From an uncultured Verrucomicrobiae bacterium (GTDB lineage: Bacteria > Verrucomicrobiota > Verrucomicrobiia > Chthoniobacterales > JAFAMB01): 64,000 nucleotides of DNA. The position numbers and the translations under genes are program-made. Under the pieces are notes generated by a model. The model saw only the letters and a program-made list of their open reading frames with translations, had not been told where the DNA came from and did no database searches. Shown here one piece after another: positions 1-9,400 of the stretch (within the stretch, counting starts at the first letter, position 1; each line of letters opens with the position of its first letter). The DNA lies in assembly GCA_963813025.1 (NCBI GenBank), contig CAWEXO010000014.1:352001-416000 (forward strand), given 5' to 3'.

Positions 1-393
1 CTCTCCCGCCAGATTCTTGGTGATTGCGCCGGTAGTAAATACATTGATTCGCGCGGTCTCGCGAGCGCGATCCAGGATCCAGCTGATTTGCCCGGGATTA
101 TCAGCGGCCGGCTGCGTATTCGGCATACAGAGAACCGAAGCGAAACCGCCGGCTGCTGCTGCGCGCGTGCCAGACTCAATTGTCTCTTTGTGCGTCTGCC
201 CAGGCTCGCGCAGATGGACATGCATATCGATCAAACCGGGCGCGACGACGAGGCCGCGCGCGTCGATGATCTCTGCATCGGACTCGGATATTCGGTCGAC
301 GATCCGGCCTTGGTGAACGCAAATGTCGGCGATCTCATCCCGCCCATTAGCCGGATCGATGACGCGTCCGCCTCTGACGATGAGATTCTTCAT
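1..393 (-). CDS. pyrC: Dihydroorotase, 5' part (truncated by window edge)
   Basis: Manual translation gives [24 protein letters not shown]...[15 protein letters not shown]...AAAAGGF...MPNT. The ATG overlaps the pyrB stop (ATGA). Confidence 0.93.
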   Translation of the reverse strand, partial: MKNLIVRGGRVIDPANGRDEIADICVHQGRIVDRISESDAEIIDARGLVVAPGLIDMHVHLREPGQTHKETIESGTRAAAAGGFASVLCMPNTQPAADNPGQISWILDRARETARINVFTTGAITKNLAGE

Positions 394-1361
394 AGCGAGC
401 GGCGTAAAGTGCTGCTGCAAAGGTAGAGAACGGCCATCCGCACAGCGATCCCATTGGTCACCTGCTCAAGGATCACGCTCTGGGAGCCATCGGCCACGGC
501 ACTGTCGAGTTCTACTCCGCGATTGATCGGTCCGGGATGCATGATTAAGCAATTGGGCTTGAGCTGTGCCGCGCGTGCGCGGGTTAAACCGAAGAAACGC
601 ACATATTCGTTCAGACTCGGAAAATATTCGCGGCGTTGCCGCTCGTGCTGGATCCGCAGCAAGTTAATAACGTCAGCTTTTGGAAGCACGGGATCTAGCC
701 GGCGGACAACCGATACACCCATTTTCGCGAAGGATTCCGGAACGAGGGTTGTCGGCCCGACCAGAGTGACGTTCGCGCCGAGCTTTTGCAGCGCCCAAAT
801 GTTGGAACGCGCCACTCGGCTGAACAAAATGTCGCCCACGATCACGACGTTCAGCCCGGCCACCTGCCCAAACTTCTCCCGGATGGTAAAGACGTCCAAA
901 AGCGCCTGGGTGGGATGCTCGTGCGCTCCGTCGCCCGCGTTGATCACCGATGTCTCGAGCCGGTCCGCCAGGAACTTCGGGGCGCCCGCTGAGCTATGGC
1001 GCAGCACAATGATGTCCGCGTGAAGCGCCTGCAGGTTCAGGGCAGTGTCCTTCAAAGTTTCACCCTTTTGCAGGCTGGAGGCTGTGGCGGACACATTGAC
1101 CACATCAGCGCTCAGCCGCAAAGCAGCCAGTTCAAACGAGATGCGTGTCCGGGTACTCGGCTCGACAAAAAAGTTGACCAAGGTCTTGCCGCGGAGAGCC
1201 GGAACCTTCTTGATGTCGCGTGAGCCGACGGTTTTGAAAGCCGCCGCGGTGTCGAGCACGAGATTGAGTTCCTCGACGCTCAACTCTCGGATTCCGAGAA
1301 AATCCTTCCGTGTCCATTCGGGGGCCTTTGCCGCGGCGACGAGGTTTGACCGTTCGCTCAT
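390..1361 (-). CDS. pyrB: Aspartate carbamoyltransferase catalytic subunit
   Basis: Motifs [44 protein letters not shown]. Confidence 0.97.
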   Translation of the reverse strand: MSERSNLVAAAKAPEWTRKDFLGIRELSVEELNLVLDTAAAFKTVGSRDIKKVPALRGKTLVNFFVEPSTRTRISFELAALRLSADVVNVSATASSLQKGETLKDTALNLQALHADIIVLRHSSAGAPKFLADRLETSVINAGDGAHEHPTQALLDVFTIREKFGQVAGLNVVIVGDILFSRVARSNIWALQKLGANVTLVGPTTLVPESFAKMGVSVVRRLDPVLPKADVINLLRIQHERQRREYFPSLNEYVRFFGLTRARAAQLKPNCLIMHPGPINRGVELDSAVADGSQSVILEQVTNGIAVRMAVLYLCSSTLRRSL

Positions 1362-1897
1362 CGTTTCTCCAGGCGCACCGAATCAGGTTCGCCGTCGATA
1401 TTGGCCAAGCGCACCTTTACTCGCTCTGAGCGCGCTGTCGGCACGTTCTTGCCGACATAATCCGCCCGGATAGGCAGTTCGCGGTGGCCTCGGTCAACCA
1501 GCACGGCCAACTGGATCCGAGCGGGACGGCCAAACGAGCTGAGAGCATCCATCGCAGCGCGGCAAGTCCGGCCGGTGAAAAGGACGTCGTCGACCAAAAC
1601 AATGGTTAACCCATCGATGGCGAGCGGTAGACGGGTTTCCCGAACGCTCGGCAGCGTTTTTCGAAGCCGCAAATCATCGCGATGCATGGCGACATCGATC
1701 GCGCCGACCGGCGGGCGGCATCCCTCGATTTCTTCAATCAGATCTCCGAGACGGCGAGCGAGTTCAACGCCGCGCTCAGGAATTCCGGCCAGGCTGAAAG
1801 CCTCCGGATCCCGATTCTTTTCCAGGATCTCGTGCGCAATTCGCCGGAGGACGCGTCCAATCGCGTCTGCATCGAGAATCAGCACCGAGTCTGGCAT
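1358..1897 (-). CDS. pyrR: Pyrimidine regulatory protein / uracil phosphoribosyltransferase PyrR
   Basis: [42 protein letters not shown] at 1897. Confidence 0.96.
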   Translation of the reverse strand: MPDSVLILDADAIGRVLRRIAHEILEKNRDPEAFSLAGIPERGVELARRLGDLIEEIEGCRPPVGAIDVAMHRDDLRLRKTLPSVRETRLPLAIDGLTIVLVDDVLFTGRTCRAAMDALSSFGRPARIQLAVLVDRGHRELPIRADYVGKNVPTARSERVKVRLANIDGEPDSVRLEKR

Positions 1898-1905
1898 CAA
1901 ATCTT

Positions 1906-1938
1906 ACCTTGGCAACCTCACCGGATTGCCTTAAAGGT
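1906..1938 (-). promoter_or_regulatory. PyrR-binding RNA stem-loop
   Basis: Minus strand ACCTTTAAGGCAATCCGGTGAGGTTGCCAAGGT contains the ARUCCNGNGAGGYU consensus and the CUUUAA bulge, with GGCAA/TTGCC and ACCTT/AAGGT stems. Confidence 0.85.
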
Positions 1939-1967
1939 CCCACCTCGAACACGAGGCTTAGCCGTCT

Positions 1968-2183
1968 TTAAACTCCTTTTGGCTGGCGATGGCGCCTTTC
2001 TCGCCAAGCCGACCGATATTTCACAATCCAGTCCAGCAAAGCCCGCTCAAAGCCGATGTCGTATCCGGCTTTTTCGCTCTCCAGCCATTTATGCCGGAGG
2101 ATTTCCTCGCGCTCCGCTAAAAATTCCTGGTAAAGAACGGAGTTTTTGACTAACTCCGTCGGATCGTCCTTTGGGGGTTCCAT
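1968..2183 (-). CDS. Small conserved hypothetical protein (DUF4032-like), 71 aa
   Basis: SVLYQEFLAEREEILRHKWLESEKAGYDIGFERALLDW resembles DUF4032-type proteins; ATG at 2183. Confidence 0.75.
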   Translation of the reverse strand: MEPPKDDPTELVKNSVLYQEFLAEREEILRHKWLESEKAGYDIGFERALLDWIVKYRSAWRERRHRQPKGV

Positions 2184-2223
2184 GGCTGATCGGGTGTCTA
2201 GTATCCGGATGGGCATCCGCGAG

Positions 2224-3294
2224 TCAATCAGTTTTCTGCCCCTGCACGCTCCGGAGTTGCTTGTGCAGGTGCTCGGCGATACCCAGAAAAACCTCGGCAA
2301 CGGCGCCTCTCGGGTTCTCAAGGACAATCGGCATTCCACGATCGCCCGCCTCTCGAGTGGCAATATCCAAAGGTATTTGGCCCAAAAACGGTACTCCGAG
2401 CCGCTTGGCTTCCCGTAATCCCCCGCCCGTGCCGAAGATGTCGTGACGCCGGTTATCGCTCGGACTCATAAAAAAACTCATGTTTTCGACGATACCAAGG
2501 ACCGGAACATTCACTTTGGCGAACATCGAACTCGCTTTGCGCGCATCGATCAAGGCGACTTCCTGGGGCGTGGTCACAATGACGGCGCCAGCCAGGCTTA
2601 CTGTTTGGACAACCGTAAGCTGAATGTCGCCTGTGCCTGGCGGCAGATCGAGCACGAGATATTCCAAGCCGGACCAATCGACTTGCCGGAGAAATTGCTG
2701 GGTCGCCCGGGTGACCATCGGACCGCGGAGGATCGCCGGTGACGTGTCGTCAAGCAGCGATCCCATGGAGATGAGCCTGATCCCGTAGCGGTCGATCGGG
2801 ATGATCACATTCTCTTTGGTTGCCATGGGCTGTTCGTGACTCGCTCCGAACATTAGTGAAATGCTTGGACCATAGATATCGCAATCGCAAAGCCCGGTGG
2901 GGGCCCCGAGCAGGTGCAGGGCCGCCGCAAGATTGGCGGCGACCGTCGATTTGCCGACGCCGCCCTTGCCACTCGCGACTGCGATCACGAAATTGACTCC
3001 GGGGATTCTGGTCGCAGCGGTCTGCGCCCCGGGCGTTTCCGGCGGGCTGGAGATATCGATCACCACCTTCGCCGATCCGATTCCGGGAACCTCGCGAAGG
3101 ACTCGCTCGGAATCTCGCTTCAACGTCTCCGGAATTGCCGGGTTGGCGGTAGCCACACTCAGATGCACGAGAACGTCCTGTCCGGATACCTGGACCGATT
3201 TCACCAAACCAAAACTGACAATGTCCCGGCTGTATCCAGGAAATTTTACGGTTTTTAGACGTTGCAGAACAAAATCTTCAGAGAGCGCGGCCAT
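2224..3294 (-). CDS. mrp: Mrp/NBP35 (ApbC) Fe-S cluster carrier ATPase
   Basis: N-terminal FeS-assembly domain, SGKGGVGKS P-loop, DIYGPS, DLPPGTGD, GIVENMS. Confidence 0.93.
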   Translation of the reverse strand: MAALSEDFVLQRLKTVKFPGYSRDIVSFGLVKSVQVSGQDVLVHLSVATANPAIPETLKRDSERVLREVPGIGSAKVVIDISSPPETPGAQTAATRIPGVNFVIAVASGKGGVGKSTVAANLAAALHLLGAPTGLCDCDIYGPSISLMFGASHEQPMATKENVIIPIDRYGIRLISMGSLLDDTSPAILRGPMVTRATQQFLRQVDWSGLEYLVLDLPPGTGDIQLTVVQTVSLAGAVIVTTPQEVALIDARKASSMFAKVNVPVLGIVENMSFFMSPSDNRRHDIFGTGGGLREAKRLGVPFLGQIPLDIATREAGDRGMPIVLENPRGAVAEVFLGIAEHLHKQLRSVQGQKTD

Positions 3295-3393
3295 AGGATC
3301 GTACTATCGCGATTTATTCCTCCCAGACAATACGTCGTGTCCGACTTGGCAAATGCGTCTATTTCGTCCGGTTCGTTCGCCCATCCAAGCGAT

Positions 3394-3621
3394 GTAGCGC
3401 GGACGGCCTCGTCCGTACTCTTGTGGCTGCGCCAGCGCACGGCAGGTTTCCTTTTGCTCCCAGGACACGTGAAGTAATGCATCAGGCTTTGGCGCGTGGT
3501 TGGCCACTCGCCCAAGAGTACGGACGAGGCCGCGTCTGTCGGACTTTGGTCATCTGTAGCTCGCGCAATCGAGCTAAGGTTCGAGACATGTCCCAAAGCG
3601 TCTTTGGTCCTGCGCCGGTAG
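3394..3621. repeat. Cluster of GTAG-type palindromic repeats (left flank of the IS110)
   Basis: GTAGCGCGGACGGCCTCG at 3394 (also at about 51870, and inverted at 5201-5219 and 14631-14649). 20-bp IR 3404-3423/3513-3532. Segment 3578-3621 is homologous to 46010-46054. Confidence 0.75.
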
Positions 3622-3636
3622 ATACGGTCTTGGATG

Positions 3637-4647
3637 TCAAGGGCATTGGTTTAAGGAATGGCGGGCCAGGTTAGGGTTGTAGGGTTGTTGGTGAGCGAGA
3701 ACACCGAAGGCGATGTGCAGGAGTTTTCGCATGACGGCACCGCGGATAGCCAGGGAGTGGAGCTTGCGCGACTCGAGACCTGCGGCCCATTGCTGGATGG
3801 GTTTGCACCAGCGGCGAGCAACGGCGGCCGGCAAATAGAGTGCTTTGCGCAGGAAAGCGTTGCCGATTTTGCACAGGGTGGTTTTGCCGTAGAGCGAGAC
3901 ACCGGAACGGAATTCAGAAGGAGTCAGCCCAGCATAGGCCGCCAACTGCCGAGCCGATTGGAACTCTTTACCGGCCAGCTCGGCCAGCAGCTTGGCGGCT
4001 GTGAGCTGGGCAATGCCGGGAATAGAGCACAGCAGTTGGCTTTGGCGGCTTAAAGCCTGATCAGCCGCGACTAAGCCGAAGATGGCCGACTCCAGCTGAG
4101 CGATTTCTTTCTTGAGCTGGGCGAGTCGTTGGCCACGCTGTTGGCTGACAAGCTCGGGCAGCGCAATTGGGTAAGGGTCTTTTTTCACCCGGTTCTGTTC
4201 CCGGATGAGCTCGCCAACCCGGCTTTCGCGCTCCCGCACCAGCAGTTTGAATTCTTCCTCAAGGGGGCGCAGCGGCCGAGTGGCCAGTGGTTTTCGCTCC
4301 AGACAAAACTGGGCAATGATGGCCGCATCAACCCGATCATTTTTGGTGCGGCGCAGGACCGAGAAAGCAAAGTATTTGACTTGGGCGGGATTGAGCACGC
4401 TGACCGCCAAGCCTGCTTGGTGCAGAGCGGCGATCAATCTCTTCCCGTAGACCCCGGTGGCTTCCAGGGCGAAGTGGATCTGGGAGAGCGGCCAAGAGCG
4501 GGCCTGGAGTTGGGCTAAAAATGCTCCAATGCCGGTCGCATCATTGCTGAACTTTCCCCGCCACAGGCGAGTGCCATTCTTGGAGAGCAGGCAAAAGTCA
4601 AAGCTTGCTTTTGCCATATCAATACCCATGCAGTAGCGTTTTTTCAT
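3637..4647 (-). CDS. IS110-family DEDD recombinase/transposase, 336 aa
   Basis: RuvC-like DEDD residues GIDMAK, LEATG, RTKNDRVDA; C-terminal SIPGI...AYAGLTPSEFRSG (catalytic Ser motif) and GNAFLRKALY. Likely ATG at 4647. Confidence 0.95.
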   Translation of the reverse strand: MKKRYCMGIDMAKASFDFCLLSKNGTRLWRGKFSNDATGIGAFLAQLQARSWPLSQIHFALEATGVYGKRLIAALHQAGLAVSVLNPAQVKYFAFSVLRRTKNDRVDAAIIAQFCLERKPLATRPLRPLEEEFKLLVRERESRVGELIREQNRVKKDPYPIALPELVSQQRGQRLAQLKKEIAQLESAIFGLVAADQALSRQSQLLCSIPGIAQLTAAKLLAELAGKEFQSARQLAAYAGLTPSEFRSGVSLYGKTTLCKIGNAFLRKALYLPAAVARRWCKPIQQWAAGLESRKLHSLAIRGAVMRKLLHIAFGVLAHQQPYNPNLARHSLNQCP

Positions 4648-4699
4648 CAGAGAGGAATTCGCGTTGAATTGGTTCTTTGTTTGATGAAGCGCTTGGGCG

Positions 4700-4928
4700 C
4701 GCGCCTGCTGACAGAGCCTTGTGAACACGGGCTTATGTTCCAACCCTGTTTGGAACGGCCTAAGATACGGTACGGTCTTATGCAGGTGCGGCACGAGGAA
4801 GGGTGGACTAATCTACCGGACAGGTCCTACCGACCTTTGGGCGAGGCAGTTTTCCACCCTCCTCGGCCAAGTTCTTCACTTCCAGAGTTCCGCCCTTGCG
4901 GGCGGCTTTAAAAGGGAAAAAAAATTGG
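4700..4928 (-). ncRNA. Predicted IS110 bridge RNA (5' hairpin, target-binding loop, donor-binding loop)
   Basis: 5' hairpin at 4890-4905. Target loop closed by the 4794-4807/4853-4865 stem, with guides CTCGCCC (4839-4845) and CCGGTAG (4813-4819). Donor loop closed by CCTGC/GCAGG (4782-4786/4704-4708), with guides ACCGTATCT (4763-4771) and ACAAG (4718-4722). Ends are approximate. Confidence 0.82.
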
Positions 4929-4945
4929 TGGGGCAAGGTACAAGA

Positions 4946-5062
4946 GCGAAAATTTATTCGAGCCTTAGCGAGAACTTGTTTGAGCCGTCTTCAGTGTGAC
5001 CTGCCCAACGCCCGGCTCAAACGAGTCTTCGCCGAAGGCTCAGATGAATTCTCGCCTTACCG
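4946..5062. repeat. GTAG palindromic repeat family A (remainder of the copy interrupted by IS110)
   Basis: GCGAAAATTTATTCGAGCCTTAGCGAGAACTTGTTTGAGCCG ... CGGCTCAAACGAGTCTTCGCCGAAGGCTCAGATGAATTCTCGCCTTACCG forms imperfect inverted arms. Confidence 0.85.
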
Positions 5063-5369
5063 ATTTTGGGATGTTGCGAAACATGCTCTAAATTTTCGCC
5101 CCACCGACACAGGACAGTGCGGCAATCTGAGACGATCTCTAACCGCTTGGGCGACCAATCGCTTGGGTGGCGTGCTACAGATTTCCAAAGTCCGACACGC
5201 CCGAGGCCGTCCGTGCTACCTCGCCTCTGCGGGCCGCGGGCCGAGGGTGATAGTCTAGTGGTCCTTTGCCAAATTGGATGAAATCGGGCGATCGTAATTC
5301 TCCAGATAACCACCGATAATTAGGTATTTCGGTTGAAATCTCTGGCGGCCAGCATGAACTCCTTAGGAT

Positions 5370-6407
5370 ATGCAGTTCAGCGAGTCCTCACCGTTCGGGT
5401 TCACCACCGGCGGCTTCGTTGAGACGATTGGCCGAACTCCGTTGATCCGGCTCGCTACACTGTCCGAAGCGACCGGATGTGAGATTTTTGGTAAAGCTGA
5501 ATTCTTGAATCCGGGTGGTTCCGTGAAAGATCGGGCGGCACTCGGCATTGTTCTGGATGCCGAAGAACGCGGTCTGCTGCGGCCCGGCAGTACTACCATC
5601 GTCGAGGGTACGGCCGGAAACACCGGCATTGGCCTGGCTTTGGTCGCGAATGCTCGCGGCTATCGGTCTGTCATTGTCTTGCCCGAGAATATGTCTCAGG
5701 AAAAGATTGATAGTTTGCAAGCGATGGGGGCGGAGGTCCGGTTGGTGCCTCCTAAACCTTACGCCGACCCAGACAACTACATCCATGTGTCGGAGCGAGT
5801 CGCCAGGGAGACACCGGGAGGTTTTTGGGCGAATCAATTCGATAATGTCGCGAATCGGCAAGCTCATTATCGAACAACCGGTCCGGAAATCTGGGAGCAG
5901 ACGGGGCGTGGCCTGACCGGTTTTGTCGCTTCGGTCGGGACCGGCGGCACGCTCGCGGGAATTTCGCTTTACCTGAAAGAACAGAGTCCAAACATCAAGA
6001 TAGTTTGTGCGGATCCCTATGGCGCGGCCATGTGGTCCTGGGTCAAACTCGGCCACACCAACGTGGCCGACGGCGATTCGGTCGCAGAGGGTATCGGGCA
6101 GAATCGAGTTACCAAGAACTTGGAAGACATAGTGATTGACGACGCTTATCGGATTACCGACAAGGTAGCGATGGAGATGCTCTACCATCTCCTGCACCGT
6201 GAAGGCCTTTTTTTGAGCTTGTCTTCAGCCATCAATGTTTGTGGCGCGGTGAGACTTGCGCGGGAGAGCGGTCCCGGCCAGACGATTGCGACCATTCTCT
6301 GCGATTCGGGTTCGCGCTATGTATCGCGTCTTTTCAATCCGGAATGGCTGGCTGAGCGAGACTTAACGCCAAAGGCGAAAGGCTTGGAGTTTCTGGAACT
6401 CCTTTGA
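5370..6407 (+). CDS. cysK: Cysteine synthase (PLP-dependent O-acetylserine sulfhydrylase family)
   Basis: KAEFLNPGGSVKDR, EGTAGNTG, NQFDN, GTGGT, EGIG. Confidence 0.88.
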   Translation: MQFSESSPFGFTTGGFVETIGRTPLIRLATLSEATGCEIFGKAEFLNPGGSVKDRAALGIVLDAEERGLLRPGSTTIVEGTAGNTGIGLALVANARGYRSVIVLPENMSQEKIDSLQAMGAEVRLVPPKPYADPDNYIHVSERVARETPGGFWANQFDNVANRQAHYRTTGPEIWEQTGRGLTGFVASVGTGGTLAGISLYLKEQSPNIKIVCADPYGAAMWSWVKLGHTNVADGDSVAEGIGQNRVTKNLEDIVIDDAYRITDKVAMEMLYHLLHREGLFLSLSSAINVCGAVRLARESGPGQTIATILCDSGSRYVSRLFNPEWLAERDLTPKAKGLEFLELL

Positions 6408-6446
6408 TCCAGGAAAATCTGTGGTTAAAACTGTTCTCCGAACTCG

Positions 6447-9400
6447 CTAGCAAAAGTCATGGGAACGAGCGGTCTCGAGCGAGGCGGTCGGCAACCGTTC
6501 GATGCGCTGGGCCCGAATGTGGATTGTTCCGGAACGTTTCTGGAGGACGCCCTCAATCAATAGAAAACTTTCCTGGCTAATAACCAGGCGATTCTTTTCA
6601 AAGACTTTTGGCGTGACGATCACGTTGGTAATACCGGTTTCATCTTCCAGGCTAAGAAAAACAAAACCTTTGGCAGTACCCGGACGTTGCCGGCAAATGG
6701 TCAGGCCGGCCACTCGCAAACGGATACCATCTGACCCCGCAACCAGATCAGCGCTGCGCCAAATGTCATCGGGCAAAGCCGAACGCAGGTAACCCATCGG
6801 GTGGGGACCAGTGGTCAGATGCATCGTGGAAAAATCCGCCGCCAATCTTTCGGCGGGTTCCATCGCGGACAGAGGCGATTTCCCGGTCGTCTCGGTCGCG
6901 GTGAAAAATTCATCGCGATGAAACTCTCCTTCCACCGACCAGAGAGCATTTCGACGATGGCCAGCTAGAGAGTTGAGTGCGCCGGCTTTGGCGAGGATCC
7001 GCAGTTCGTCCCGGGCAAAGGAAGTGCGGGCCAAAAAATCAGCAACATTGTTGAACGGATTTTGTTTTCGTTGCATCAGCATCTGTTCAAGACGTTCGCG
7101 GCTGACTCCCTGTAAGACGCAGAAGCCGAGCCGGATCGTGTCATCGGAGACAACTGTGCAGAGCCAATCGGACTCCGCCAGAGAGATCGGTTGAACGCGG
7201 ATGTGCCGTCTTTGCGCATCCTTGATCAAGGTAGCTGACGAGTAGAATCCCATGGGCTGGTTGTTCAGCAAGCTGACAAAGAATTCTGGACCACGATGCA
7301 CTTTCATCCAGGAACTCGCGTAGGTAATCAACGCAAAGCTGATCGCATGCGATTCCGGAAATCCATAGAGGGCGAATGAGGTGATGGCGGCGATGATTTT
7401 TTGGGCGATTTCCTTGCTGATTCCATTGGCGGCCAGCGCCCGGCGTAATTTCTTTTCAACGCGTTGCATGCGTTCCTGAGAACGATGAAAACTCAGGGCG
7501 CGGCGTAATTCTTCGGCTTCGTCTCCGGAAAAATTTGCCAAGACCATGGCAATCTTCAGCATCTGTTCTTGAAAGAGAGGAACCCCGAGGGTCCGCTGAA
7601 GAACAGGGATCAACCGATCGTCCAGATAAGTGATTGGCTCAGAACCTTCTCGCCGAGCAAGGTAAGGATGCATGAGGTGACCCTGGATTGGTCCCGGGCG
7701 AATGATGGCAACTTCAATCACCAGATCGTAAAATTCGCGCGGTTGCATCCGCGGCAATGTGGCCATTTGAGCGCGGCTCTCGACTTGGAAGACGCCAATC
7801 GTTTCGGCCCGGCAAAGCATGTCATAAGTAGCCGGATCGTTTTTCGGTAACTCTGTCAGATCAACCGGCCGGTTTCGTTGCTGACAAAGTTCAATAGCGT
7901 CCTGCAAGGCGGCCATCATGCCAAGACCCAGCAGGTCCACTTTGATAATGCCCAGATCTTCGCAATCTTCTTTATCCCACTGGATCACCGAACGGTCGGC
8001 CATCGTGGCGCTTTCAATCGGCACGACGGAATCCAACCGCCCTTCACAGATCACCATTCCGCCGGAGTGTTGTCCTAAGTGACGCGGTAATCCCTGAATT
8101 GCTTGATAGATGGATAAAAAAGCAGCTACCCGTGGATGATCAGCTGGTAAACCGGCTTGGCGAAGCTGATCGCCCGCCTGCATGGTATGCGGAAAATCAC
8201 CGTTCGCTTGTAAACGGGAAAAGCGGTCCATCACCTCCTCAGGCAGATTGAGCGCTTTGCCGGTTTCACGCATCGCGCTGCGATCGCGGAAAGTAATGAC
8301 GTTGGCCGTCATGGCGGCACCCCGCCGGCCATAACGCCGATAAACTTCTTGAATTACCTGCTCACGCCGGTCGCCGCTGGGAAGATCCAGATCGATATCG
8401 GGCCAGCCTTTGCGTCCTTCGCTGAGGAAGCGCTCGAATAACAGATTGGCGCCAACTGGATCGACTGCGGTGATGCCCAAGCTGTAACAAACCGAGCTGT
8501 TGGCCGCGCTGCCGCGGCCCTGTACCATGATATTGGCTTTTCGGCAATACTGCACCAGGTCCCAAACGATCAGGAAATAACCGGAGAACCCGAGCTGACG
8601 AATAAGCGCGAGTTCGCGTTCCAGTTGAGCGCGGACCTTACCGGTGACCTCATGGTAGCGTTCGGTTGCGCCCCGCCGGGTGACCTTGGTGAGGTAGCTG
8701 TCCATGTCCTCGCCAGCCGGCACTGGAAAATTTGGGAATTGATAACCAAGATTTTCCAGGGTGAACTCAATTTCCCGGGCTACCGCAACAGTGTTATCGA
8801 TTGCTTTGGCCAGGTCCGGGAAAAGCTCCTGCATCTCGGCCGCAGACTTGAGGTGGCGCTCGGCATTTGGCTCGAGCAAACGTCCGGCTGCATCCAAATG
8901 CGTGTGATGACGGGCACAGCTAAAAACGTCAAGCGCGGTGCGGCGGTCAGGGGTCGCGTAAAGCACTCCGTTGGTGGCCACTAATTTTCGGCGAAAACGC
9001 TCGGATAACTGAATGAGCTGCTGGTTGGCCCATTGTTCTTCACGGCGAGCGTGCCTCTGGATCTCCACAAAAAGGTGGTCGGCATCGAAAATCTGGCACA
9101 ATAATTCCAAACGTTGTTGTGCTTGACCGAAATCGCCGCGTGCAAGCGATTGACGCAGTGGGCCTTCCTCATCGCCGGTCAGGCAAATCAAGCCGGCGGC
9201 AAACTCGGGTAATTCTGCCCAACGAACCCGACCTTCATTTTTCGGGGATCGCAGTTTGTTCCGAGAGATCAAGCGACAGAGATTTTGGTATCCTTGCCGC
9301 GACTGGACCAGGACCGGAAGAACGGTTTCATCTTCCATTGTCAATTCGCTGCCCACCAATGCGCGGATGCCCGATTCCTGAGCAGCGGTGTGCAGGCGAG

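Larger units (their letters stand above)
3620..4945 (-). mobile_element. Complete IS110-family (IS621-like) insertion sequence, about 1.32 kb
   Basis: AGA (TCT on the minus strand, CT core) is repeated at 3620-3622 and 4943-4945. Removing the element restores CCGGTAGAGCGAAAATTTATTCGAGCC, matching intact repeats at 46048 and 53026. No long terminal inverted repeats. Confidence 0.92.

Noticed and set aside
4648..4794. N-terminal extension of the transposase (385-aa ORF call)
   Set aside because: The DEDD domain starts at MKKRYCMGID (4647); the extension overlaps the predicted donor-binding loop of the bridge RNA
3620..4945. Target-site duplication or terminal inverted repeats as in DDE elements; IS1111-type organisation
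   Set aside because: Only the 2-3 bp core is repeated, no sub-terminal IRs are evident, and the long non-coding end lies upstream of the gene, as in the IS110 group
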